Positions 24,693-32,703 of a stretch of 40,245 nucleotides of DNA are shown here, piece after piece; positions within the stretch are counted from its first letter, which is position 1, and each line of letters begins with the position of its first letter. This DNA comes from Verrucomicrobiota bacterium. Lineage in GTDB: Bacteria; Verrucomicrobiota; Verrucomicrobiia; Limisphaerales; CAIQOK01. The DNA lies in the NCBI GenBank assembly GCA_025363535.1, contig JANYDP010000304.1, positions 1 through 40,245 on the forward strand, written 5' to 3'. The notes under the pieces are model-generated. The model ran no database searches, was not told the DNA's origin, and was given only the letters and a program-made list of their open reading frames with translations. The position numbers and the translations under genes are program-made.

Positions 24693-25640
24693 TTATTTTT
24701 TTGCCGTGCCGGCCATCTTGGCGAGGAGCCGTTCGTTCAGATCCTTGGCAGGGTTGGAGCCGGCCATGTTGAGCTTGGTCTGGAAGGCGGCGACTTCAAT
24801 CAGGCGCGCCAAGTCGCGGCCGGGCCGGACCGGCAGGATGATGTGCTTGATGTCCAGCCCGAGGATTTTCACGAACTGGTCGTCCATGCCGACGCGCTCC
24901 ACGTCCTCAACTTCGTTCCAGGCTTTCAAGGTGACGATCAGGTCCACGCGTTTTTTGGTGCGGATGCTTTTGACGCCGAACATGGCGGCGACGTTGATGA
25001 TGCCGATGCCGCGGACTTCCATGTGATTGCGGGTCAGCTCCGAGCTGGTGCCGATCACGTTGTCGCCGTCCTCGAGTGTGACCTTGGTGATGTCGTCGGC
25101 GACGAGGCTGTAGCCGCGTTCAATAAGGGCGAGCACGCTTTCACTTTTCCCGATGCCGCTTTCGCCCTTGATGATGACGCCGATGCCGAGGATGTCCACC
25201 ATGCTGCCCATCTCGGTGCCGTGGGGCGCGAACAGGGCCTCCAGCGCGAGCGTGGCGCGGTTGATGAAATTCATCGTGATGAGCGGCGTTTGAAAGACGG
25301 GCACGCCCGCATTTTCCGCCGCCGCCAGCAAGAGTTTGTCCGGGATCAGGCCGCGGCTGAAGACGAGACAGGGGATTTTGTATTTGAAGAGCGTGGCGTA
25401 ACGCCTCGCCCGCTCGTCAGCGGAGAGCGACTTCAAATAATACGCCTCGGCATGCCCGATGGCCTGAATGCGATGAAGGGCGAAATAGCGCGTAAAGCCG
25501 GTCAGCACGAGGCCAGGGCGGTTCACGGTGGGTTCGAGAATGACACGCTGAAGGCCGCCTGCACCGGTCAGCAGTTTTAATTGCAGCGGGTCGGCCTGGT
25601 CTTTGAAGAAGCGTTCGACGGTGATGGTGTCGCGTTGCAT
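24693..25640 (-). CDS. hprK: HPr kinase/phosphorylase
   Basis: The ATG at 25640 gives MQRDTITVERFFKD.... P-loop GESGIGKSE, signature LVADDIT...EVRGIGIINV. The ORF-track start at 25685 lies inside the repeat element. Confidence 0.92.
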   Translation of the reverse strand: MQRDTITVERFFKDQADPLQLKLLTGAGGLQRVILEPTVNRPGLVLTGFTRYFALHRIQAIGHAEAYYLKSLSADERARRYATLFKYKIPCLVFSRGLIPDKLLLAAAENAGVPVFQTPLITMNFINRATLALEALFAPHGTEMGSMVDILGIGVIIKGESGIGKSESVLALIERGYSLVADDITKVTLEDGDNVIGTSSELTRNHMEVRGIGIINVAAMFGVKSIRTKKRVDLIVTLKAWNEVEDVERVGMDDQFVKILGLDIKHIILPVRPGRDLARLIEVAAFQTKLNMAGSNPAKDLNERLLAKMAGTAKK

Positions 25641-25646
25641 AATTTT

Positions 25647-25705
25647 GATGCGTGATGCGTGAAAGTGCGCCGGGCACGTTTCCACGTTTCACGCATCACG
25701 TTTCA
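25647..25705. repeat. Heptamer-tandem inverted repeat in the lptB-hprK gap (GATGCGT GATGCGT GAAAGTG ... GTTTCCA CGTTTCA CGCATCA CGTTTCA)
   Basis: 7-nt periodic arms. An 11-bp perfect stem forms between GATGCGTGAAA (25654-25664) and TTTCACGCATC (25687-25697). In mRNA sense the unit is GTGAAAC, the same heptamer as at 11671-11698. The last copy overlaps the lptB stop codon (25703-25705). The element ends 7 nt from the hprK ATG. Confidence 0.85.
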
Positions 25706-26467
25706 CATGTTAAACTCCGGTCCGAGATAAATTTCCCGCGCCTTGGGGTCATTGGCTAGAAACTCCGCGCTGCCTTCGACCAGCACCTGTCCTTTGTGGA
25801 TGATGTAGCCGCGATCAATCAGCTTCAACGTCTCGCGCACATTGTGGTCGGTGATCAAAATGCCCAGGCCGCGCTCCTTGAGCCGGCGGACGATTTTCTG
25901 CACTTCATAAACGGCGATCGGATCAATGCCGCTGAACGGTTCGTCGAGCAGCAGCAGCTTGGGATTTGTGACCAGCGCGCGGGTGATTTCCAGCCGCCGT
26001 TTTTCGCCGCCGCTCAATGTGAAGGCCTTGCTTTTGGCCAGCGGCGTGAGATCGAGCTCCTCCAGCAAATACTTCAACCGCACGGCGCGCTCGGAGGAAT
26101 TAATTTTGCACGTCTCGAGGATCGCCAGGATGTTTTGCTCGACGGTGAGCTTGCGAAACACCGATGGCTCCTGCGTGAGATAGCCGATGCCCAGGCGGGC
26201 GCGCTGATGCATCGGCAGGTGGGTGATCCGGTGTTCCTGGAAGCGCACCGCGCCCTCGTCCGGTTTCACCACGCCGACGACCATGTTGAACGTGGTGGTC
26301 TTGCCCGCACCGTTCGGGCCGAGCAGTCCGACGATTTCGCCCGCGCCGATGTTGATGGAAACGCCGTTGACCACGCGGCGCTGGCCGTAGGTTTTGACGA
26401 GCTGATGGGTGGCGAGCAACGCGGCAGCGGACTGCGGCGATGGCGGTTGGGGTTCGGTTGCGCTCAC
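25703..26467 (-). CDS. lptB: LPS export ABC transporter ATP-binding protein LptB
   Basis: 254 aa. Walker A GPNGAGKTT, signature LSGGEKRRLEITRAL, Walker B LLLLDEPFSGIDP, C-terminal ...REIYLGPEF. Sits next to lptA, lptC and kdsA. Confidence 0.9.
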   Translation of the reverse strand: MSATEPQPPSPQSAAALLATHQLVKTYGQRRVVNGVSINIGAGEIVGLLGPNGAGKTTTFNMVVGVVKPDEGAVRFQEHRITHLPMHQRARLGIGYLTQEPSVFRKLTVEQNILAILETCKINSSERAVRLKYLLEELDLTPLAKSKAFTLSGGEKRRLEITRALVTNPKLLLLDEPFSGIDPIAVYEVQKIVRRLKERGLGILITDHNVRETLKLIDRGYIIHKGQVLVEGSAEFLANDPKAREIYLGPEFNM

Positions 26468-26479
26468 ACTTGGGTTGAT

Positions 26480-27049
26480 CTAAAAAAGTTTCAACGACGG
26501 CGCGTTCGTGCCGGAAGTTTTGGCGGGTGCCTGTCCTTGCATCTGGAGATTTTCCCCGTGAATGGAGTCGGTGATGCGATCCCAGATGATCGGGTCGCCG
26601 GTGCCGCTGAACATGGCCGATTCCATGAACACATTGCCGGTCAAGGTGATCGTGTCGTTGGTCGCGGTGCTGGTGGTTTTGTAGATGTTGACGGCCTTGT
26701 CGCAGGTCACATGCACCGGGCGGTTCTGCGGATCCAGGCCGTCGAGCTTCACGTTGCCGGAGGCGGTGATGATTTCCGGGCGGCCGCCGTTGGTCGAAAC
26801 CTGCGCGGTCAGGAGGTCGCACGTCATTTTCATCAACGCATAAGTCACCCGCACATGGCCGCGATAAATGCCGCTGCGGTTCTTCAGATCAAAATCCCCC
26901 GCGTCGGAAAAAATTTCCACGGGCGGGTTGGTGGCGGCGAGCGCGGGGCTGGCGTTGGTCGGCGCGGACAATTCCGGCAGCGGCAGGTTGGTCTGGGCGC
27001 TCGCGGTGAGCGTGAGCGCAACGGCGAAAAGACAAAGAATAACTTTCAT
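26480..27049 (-). CDS. lptA: LptA/OstA-N family periplasmic LPS transport protein
   Basis: 189 aa with a signal peptide ([19 protein letters not shown]) and OstA-like beta-jellyroll strands (IYRGHVRVTYALMKMTCDLLTA..., ITASGNVKLD). Sits between lptC and lptB. Confidence 0.7.
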   Translation of the reverse strand: MKVILCLFAVALTLTASAQTNLPLPELSAPTNASPALAATNPPVEIFSDAGDFDLKNRSGIYRGHVRVTYALMKMTCDLLTAQVSTNGGRPEIITASGNVKLDGLDPQNRPVHVTCDKAVNIYKTTSTATNDTITLTGNVFMESAMFSGTGDPIIWDRITDSIHGENLQMQGQAPAKTSGTNAPSLKLF

Positions 27050-27525
27050 GGTTTCGGCGCGGCAGGCCGCGCGTTGTTGATGATCGTATGCACGCGGTTG
27101 GAGAGGGTGAGAGTCTGGTTGGTCATGTGCAGCAAAAATCCTTCGCTTTCAAAAAGAAACCGGCCGTCGCCGCTTTGGGCTTCCAGATGACCGTCGGAAT
27201 AAACCGTCTTTTGGGTATAGTCGTAGAAACACTGGGGCGCGCGCACGACCAGTTGGTTCGTGCCGTTTTCATTGAACAACTGCCATTTCACGCGGCGAAT
27301 CAAAACCTGGTGACTGCCGGACTGGAGTTCGGCCTCGTCGCCTTCGAGCAGGGATTTCATCTGGGTTTCGTGCGGCGGCGGGAAATTTTCCGGCACGGCG
27401 TAGTTGGAGACCACCATGTTGGCGGATCGTTCCGGGGCAGCCATCAGGGCCGACGCGACCAGCAGTAACGCCAGCGAGCGGGCGGCAAGCTGCCGTGAGC
27501 TGCTTGTGAAAAGTTTCCGGATCAT
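27046..27525 (-). CDS. lptC: LptC-like membrane-anchored LPS export protein
   Basis: 159 aa with an N-terminal anchor. Position between kdsA and lptA, with 4-nt overlaps on both sides. The sequence itself is only weakly diagnostic. Confidence 0.55.
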   Translation of the reverse strand: MIRKLFTSSSRQLAARSLALLLVASALMAAPERSANMVVSNYAVPENFPPPHETQMKSLLEGDEAELQSGSHQVLIRRVKWQLFNENGTNQLVVRAPQCFYDYTQKTVYSDGHLEAQSGDGRFLFESEGFLLHMTNQTLTLSNRVHTIINNARPAAPKP

Positions 27526-28337
27526 TGGGCGGCGGCGTGGAATTTCAGGAGCGACTTGAGCAGCGCCGGCATTTCCGCCAGCGGAATCATGTTGGGTCCG
27601 TCACTGGGGGACTGGTCGGGGTGTGGATGAGTTTCGATGAAGATGCCATTCGCGCCCGCCGCCACCGCGCACCGCGCCAGCACCGGGGCGAATTCCCGCT
27701 GGCCGGTTGTCCGATCCCCGCCACCGCCGGGCAGTTGCACGGAATGGGTCGCGTCAAAAATCACCGGCGCGCCAAAGCGTTTCAAAATGGGAATCGAGCG
27801 CATGTCGGACACGAGGTTGTTGTAGCCGAAGGTCGTGCCGCGTTCGGTGACGAGAATTTTTTTTGCGCCCGCGCTCCGGGCCTTCTCGATGACCTGGCCC
27901 ATTTCGAGCGGCGAGAGGAACTGGCCCTTCTTCACATTCACAATGCGTCCGGTGTGCGCGGCGGCTTCGATCAAATCGGTCTGGCGGCACAGGAACGCGG
28001 GGATTTGCAGGATGTCCACGACTTCACTGGCAAGGCTGGCCTGGTGCTCGGTATGAACATCCGTCAGCACGGGTACGCCGATTTTTTTGCGGACGTTGGC
28101 GAGGACTTGCAGCCCGGTTTCGAGACCGGGGCCGCGTGCGGATTTGGCGGAGGTGCGATTGGCCTTGTCGAAGCTCGCCTTGAAGACGTAAGCGATGCCG
28201 AGCTGGTCGCAGGTTTTTTTCATCGCCGCCGCAATTTTGAGGCAGAGCGCCTCGCTTTCAATGACGCAGGGGCCGGCGATCAGAAACAGCCGGCGGGCTG
28301 TGGTCAGGGATTTCCAGATGGCGGTGTCATTGAGCAC
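27522..28337 (-). CDS. kdsA: 3-deoxy-8-phosphooctulonate synthase (KDO-8-P synthase)
   Basis: 271 aa. [73 protein letters not shown]. Confidence 0.93.
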   Translation of the reverse strand: MLNDTAIWKSLTTARRLFLIAGPCVIESEALCLKIAAAMKKTCDQLGIAYVFKASFDKANRTSAKSARGPGLETGLQVLANVRKKIGVPVLTDVHTEHQASLASEVVDILQIPAFLCRQTDLIEAAAHTGRIVNVKKGQFLSPLEMGQVIEKARSAGAKKILVTERGTTFGYNNLVSDMRSIPILKRFGAPVIFDATHSVQLPGGGGDRTTGQREFAPVLARCAVAAGANGIFIETHPHPDQSPSDGPNMIPLAEMPALLKSLLKFHAAAQ

Positions 28338-28440
28338 GCGCCATTTCTAGCAGCGGCGTGGTGAATTGTAAATGACCCGTCCGCGGTTTGCCCGATGGAG
28401 CCGACAGGCAATCATCTTCAACGCCTCCGCTTCCGGTTTT

Positions 28441-29148
28441 TCAACTGATCAGCAGCAACCGTGGCGGCTGGCCGGAGCGGTTGGCGGGAGCGCGGTGGAT
28501 GCAGGGCGGAACGGGACTGCCCGGCCAGTCCGTGGCGATGCGCCAGAGATTGCCCAAACCGAAGGAAAAAGGCCGCGCCGCCGGGATTGCGGCGTAGTGA
28601 AGAGCGTAGCAGTTTTCTTTCAGGTATTCGCGGAAGTCGTCGTCATCTTTCCCACCGAAGAGCTTGAGGAGTTCGGCGCGGGTGGCGGGGAGGTCCACGC
28701 GCCGTTGCGCCTCGTCGTTGCGCAAACCCTCGCTCGCCGATCCGTGGTAGGTGCAAAGCCAGGTGTCGGCCTCCACCGTGGCGCTATCTGCGTGGAAGGA
28801 GTAAACGTCCGTGGAGACGGCGGCGTCCGCGTCGCGGGGGTAGGCATGAATGCAGTTGAGGACGGGGTCGAGGTTTTGCTCCCGGAGCAGTCGCTGATCT
28901 TCGAGCAGTGTGGCAATGGCGGCCCGGCCCACGTCGCTCACCGGGAGTGAAAGCAGTCGGGCATCGTCGAGGGTGATGATCCCCTCACCGGCACCGAGGT
29001 GATCCACGACTTCGTTGAAATCGCCGGGCAACGTGCGCTGCCAGCATAGGGCATTGACGCCCCCGGCGAACGGAGTCGAGACCAGCTCGGAAAAACTGTT
29101 CACCGTCTGGATGCGGGTGTAGTCGGGAGGCTGGGTGAAGGGGCTCAT
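28441..29148 (-). CDS. Conserved hypothetical protein (possibly DUF1826-like; from memory only)
   Basis: 235-aa ORF with coding-like composition and no TM segment. I cannot assign a function. The family suggestion is unverified. Confidence 0.5.
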   Translation of the reverse strand: MSPFTQPPDYTRIQTVNSFSELVSTPFAGGVNALCWQRTLPGDFNEVVDHLGAGEGIITLDDARLLSLPVSDVGRAAIATLLEDQRLLREQNLDPVLNCIHAYPRDADAAVSTDVYSFHADSATVEADTWLCTYHGSASEGLRNDEAQRRVDLPATRAELLKLFGGKDDDDFREYLKENCYALHYAAIPAARPFSFGLGNLWRIATDWPGSPVPPCIHRAPANRSGQPPRLLLIS

Positions 29149-29743
29149 GCGCGCGGCAAAAGAAGCGTCGGCAACTGGTGGCGGCCCACGGCTTGCAGTT
29201 CAGAATTGAGCGCTTCGTCGAGTGTTGGTGACAACTTCACGATCCGGATTGTCGCTTTGCGCGGCGTCCGGTTCAAGGATGCGTTTGTGTCCGGCACCAG
29301 TCATCAACCTTCCAGAGCATTTGCCCAACTTGAATTTCCGGGTGCGATTAAAAGCGGTGAGGCCATCGCCAAGGTAGGGCGCGTCGCTCCGCGCGCGTCG
29401 GGGATCCAGAATGGAACGCCCGAGGAGTTTTGGCCTCCAGACGGGATCGGGCTGGAGTCCAAATTTCTGTCGGGACAATTTTCTGGAGCGGAATATCGTG
29501 CAAAACTTTGCCGGAACCGCTTTCCAACACAGTTTGAAGGGCCGTTTTGGGAATGGGAATGGGTGGATTGCCAGCGGCGGAGCAACGCCGCTCCACTATC
29601 GCACCGATTGTTTGGCTGAAACGAAATGCGGTCGTCCTTCTGTTCCCAAGCTGCGGCGGCAGGTCTGCGCCGCCGCCGCGTCCCGTCAACAAGGCTGGGC
29701 GCTTCGCTTGACAGGTTGCTGAACGAAATTATAGTGCGCACGA

Positions 29744-30982
29744 ATGCAGAGTGAAGAATTGAAGGAAAATGGTGACGAGCCGCCGGGCGCGCGGCTTTCT
29801 GATTCGCTAAAGCAATTCCGTTCCGCCGGGCGCGGCTTTTGGAGCAATGTTTCCGATGCCGACTGGAATGACTGGCGCTGGCAGTTGAAGCATCGCATCA
29901 CCACGCTGGAACAGTTGCACCGGCTCATGCCCACGCTCACCCCCGAGGAACATGCGGGCACGCAGCTCGCCAACCACAAGCTGGCGCTGGCCATCACGCC
30001 GTATTTTTTCAACCTGATAGATCCGGCGGACGAAAACTGCCCGATCCGCTGGCAGGTGATTCCGCGCATCGAGGAGACGCACACGGCGGCCTGGGAGATG
30101 AGCGATCCGTGCGGTGAGGATTCGCATTCGCCGGTGCCAGGACTCGTGCATCGCTATCCTGACCGCGTGCTGTTTCTGGTGACAGACCGGTGCGCATCCT
30201 ATTGCCGTTATTGCACGCGGTCGCGGCTGGTGAGCAACGCGACGGGCTACGATTTTCATCCCGAGTACGACAAGCAGATCGCCTACATCGCGGCGCATCC
30301 GGAGATTCGCGACGTGCTGTTGAGCGGCGGTGATCCGCTGTTGTTGAGCGACGAGAAGCTGGAGAATTTATTAAGCCGGCTGCGGGCGATTCCGCATGTG
30401 GAGTTTCTTCGCCTCGGTACGCGCATTCCGGTTTTTCTGCCGCAACGGATCACGCCGGAACTGTGCGCGATGTTGAAACAATTTCATCCGCTTTTTATCA
30501 GCATCCACTCGAACCATCCGCGTGAACTGACTACGGAAGTTCTCGACGCGCTGGGTCGTCTCGCCGATGCGGGCATCCCGCTGGGCAACCAGTCGGTGCT
30601 GCTGCGCCATGTGAACGACGACGCGGAAGTGATGAAGACGCATTTGCAGAAGCTGCTCCGCTGCCGGGTGAAGCCGTATTATCTTTATCAGTGCGACTTG
30701 ATTTCCGGTTCGGCGCACTTGCGGGCGAGTGTGCGCAAGGGGCTGGAAATCATGGAACAATTGCGCGGTCACACCACGGGTTACGCGGTGCCGACCTATG
30801 TGATTGACGCGCCCAACGGCGGCGGCAAGGTGCCCATCAGTCCGGAATACGTGTTGAGCCGCAACGCCGACCGGGTGGTCATCCGCAACTACGAGGGAAA
30901 GATTTTCGAATACCCGGAAGCTGCCGACGGCACTCCACTGGTGGCAGCGCCGAGGGAGATTGAGGAGCCGGCGTTGGTTTAA
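29744..30982 (+). CDS. KamA-family radical SAM enzyme (lysine 2,3-aminomutase-like)
   Basis: 412 aa. WNDWRWQLKHRI, VTDRCASYCRYCTRS (CxxxCxxC cluster), DVLLSGGDPL, and PYYLYQCDLISGSAHLR, typical of KamA/AblA. Confidence 0.88.
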   Translation: MQSEELKENGDEPPGARLSDSLKQFRSAGRGFWSNVSDADWNDWRWQLKHRITTLEQLHRLMPTLTPEEHAGTQLANHKLALAITPYFFNLIDPADENCPIRWQVIPRIEETHTAAWEMSDPCGEDSHSPVPGLVHRYPDRVLFLVTDRCASYCRYCTRSRLVSNATGYDFHPEYDKQIAYIAAHPEIRDVLLSGGDPLLLSDEKLENLLSRLRAIPHVEFLRLGTRIPVFLPQRITPELCAMLKQFHPLFISIHSNHPRELTTEVLDALGRLADAGIPLGNQSVLLRHVNDDAEVMKTHLQKLLRCRVKPYYLYQCDLISGSAHLRASVRKGLEIMEQLRGHTTGYAVPTYVIDAPNGGGKVPISPEYVLSRNADRVVIRNYEGKIFEYPEAADGTPLVAAPREIEEPALV

Positions 30983-31338
30983 GGTTCGATTCAAACGGGG
31001 AACTCGCCCGCGCCAACTGGAAAGCCGGATGCTTTTTGTAATTGTTGGCGCAAGCCGATTCTCTATTCTGGCTTCGTTATTAAACAGTTTTGTCAGTGGA
31101 TAGAATGGCCGTATAAGCTGGGATTTTTTGTTTGCACCCAAGAGCTTACCCATTAACATTGATCCTAACTGTCTGAACCGAGTGACATCATGTAGCGCGA
31201 GTGATGGGTGAACTGTCGGTTGATCAAAAATTAAACTAAGCGATACGAATGAATGTGCTCGATATCTGGGAAGGCTTCCGAGTATCAGCGGATTTTCCGT
31301 AACAAACCCTAAACATAAAGCATAAAGAAAGTTCCAAA

Positions 31339-31785
31339 ATGAAATTCATTAAAATTAATGCCGGTGTTCTTGGTTGCCTGCTGGCCGTCGCCCTCAGCGG
31401 CTGTGACAAAAATTCCTCCAGCCCGGCCGTCGAGGATGCCAAGAAATCTGCGGAAAGCGCCACCACCGCAGCCCAGCAAGGCGTGGATAAAGCCGTCACA
31501 GAAGCGAAGCAAGCGGGTGAGAAAGTGGTCGCCGAAACGAAAGAGGCCGGCCAGAAGGCGGTCGCCACGGCGACTGAACAGGTCAAGGCCGCCGGCGGTG
31601 ACGCGACGGCCGTGATCGCCAAGGTGCAAAGCCTGGTCGCGGAAAAGAAATATCAGGAAGCCCTCACCTCGCTCGGCAGCTTGAAGGACGTGAAGCTTTC
31701 CGACACCCAGCAAAAGGTCGTGGATGGACTCAAAGAGCAGATCACCAAGTTGATGAGCAGCGGTGCCGGACTGCTGGGCAAATAA
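31339..31785 (+). CDS. Small lipoprotein, Ala/Lys/Glu-rich and helical
   Basis: MKFIKINAGVLGCLLAVALSGC lipobox. Low-complexity repeats of the type A(E/Q)xAxxKAV. Confidence 0.7.
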   Translation: MKFIKINAGVLGCLLAVALSGCDKNSSSPAVEDAKKSAESATTAAQQGVDKAVTEAKQAGEKVVAETKEAGQKAVATATEQVKAAGGDATAVIAKVQSLVAEKKYQEALTSLGSLKDVKLSDTQQKVVDGLKEQITKLMSSGAGLLGK

Positions 31786-31837
31786 CCAAATCCCCTCAAT
31801 AACAATAGCAAACACACCTACACACACCTACACACAC

Positions 31838-32602
31838 ATGACCATCAAAGGAACAGTAGTATTGACCATGACGGCATTGACCGCCTTGACTGCGGCGACT
31901 TCCGCGAACGCCCAAGCCGCCACACCGGCACCGCCCGACACCAGTTGGAAAAGCAGCGCCGCTGCTGGATTGACCCTCACCCGGGGCAACAGCGATACCT
32001 TGCTGGCCACCCTCGGCGCGACCACCGGCAAGAAATGGGACGCGAATGAAGTCAGCCTCGGCATTGACGGCAGCTACGGCAAATCCAAAATCGCCGGCAA
32101 CAATCAGACCACTGCCGGATCTGCGCACGCTTTTATGCAATACAACCGGCTCTTCAATGAGCGCCTCTACGGCTACCTCCGCCTGGAAGGGTTGCATGAC
32201 GCGGTGGCCAAAATTAATTACCGGATCACCCTCTCACCGGGTCTTGGCTACTACTTCATCAAGCAGAAAAAAACCGACCTCAGCGCGGAATTCGGTCCAG
32301 GCTTTGTGTTTGAGAAACTGGGCGGCATAAACAAAAGCTTCGTCACGCTGCGGTTGGGCGAGACGTTTCACCATGAGCTGAGCGACCGCGCCCGTATCTG
32401 GGAACACGCGGACATCATGCCGCAGGTGGACAAGTTCAGCAATTACATCGTCACTGCCGAAGCCGGCATCGAGGCGGACATCACCGCAGACAAGCGGCTG
32501 TCGCTCCGTGCAGTTGTGCAGGATACGTTCAACAGCATTCCCGCATTGGGACAGAAAAAGAACGACTTCACGCTCATCACTGGCATTGCTTACAAGTTCT
32601 AA
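31838..32602 (+). CDS. DUF481-family outer-membrane beta-barrel protein (YdiY-like)
   Basis: The ATG at 31838 gives MTIKGTVVLTMTALTALTAATSANAQA, a signal peptide. GLTLTRGNSDT..., alternating beta-strand pattern, C-terminal ...ITGIAYKF. Confidence 0.8.
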   Translation: MTIKGTVVLTMTALTALTAATSANAQAATPAPPDTSWKSSAAAGLTLTRGNSDTLLATLGATTGKKWDANEVSLGIDGSYGKSKIAGNNQTTAGSAHAFMQYNRLFNERLYGYLRLEGLHDAVAKINYRITLSPGLGYYFIKQKKTDLSAEFGPGFVFEKLGGINKSFVTLRLGETFHHELSDRARIWEHADIMPQVDKFSNYIVTAEAGIEADITADKRLSLRAVVQDTFNSIPALGQKKNDFTLITGIAYKF

Positions 32603-32616
32603 TAGAAATTCAACTC

Positions 32617-32650
32617 GCGGGACTGCCAGGTGGCAGTCCCGCTGGCTTTT
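32617..32650 (+). terminator. Intrinsic terminator after the DUF481 gene
   Basis: GCGGGACTGCC-aggt-GGCAGTCCCGC (11-bp perfect stem, 32617-32642) followed by TGGCTTTTA. Confidence 0.75.
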
Positions 32651-32703
32651 ACGATCAGCCCTGACTACTTTCAGACGGTACACGCAGACAACCAGACCGA
32701 CTT

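Noticed and set aside
25641-25702. Expectation of rpoN/hpf/ptsN between lptB and hprK
   Set aside because: The gap is only 62 nt and is fully occupied by the repeat hairpin. No sigma-54 gene is present in this window. The absence is noted but is not in itself anomalous outside Proteobacteria.
25796-27190. 464-aa plus-strand ORF across lptB and lptA
   Set aside because: Antisense shadow. The lptB Walker motifs and the lptA signal peptide are on the minus strand.
29200-29741. ORFs of 92-145 aa in the 29.15-29.74 kb gap as real genes or a Y1-transposase pseudogene
   Set aside because: They overlap each other in different frames. The only similarity is a weak ~24-aa motif resemblance. This is too thin for a feature call and is listed only as a low-interest finding.
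31811-31837. CA-rich direct repeat AACACACCTA CACACACCTA CACACAC just upstream of the DUF481 start
   Set aside because: Short low-complexity duplication in an intergenic spacer with no further structure. Probably trivial slippage.
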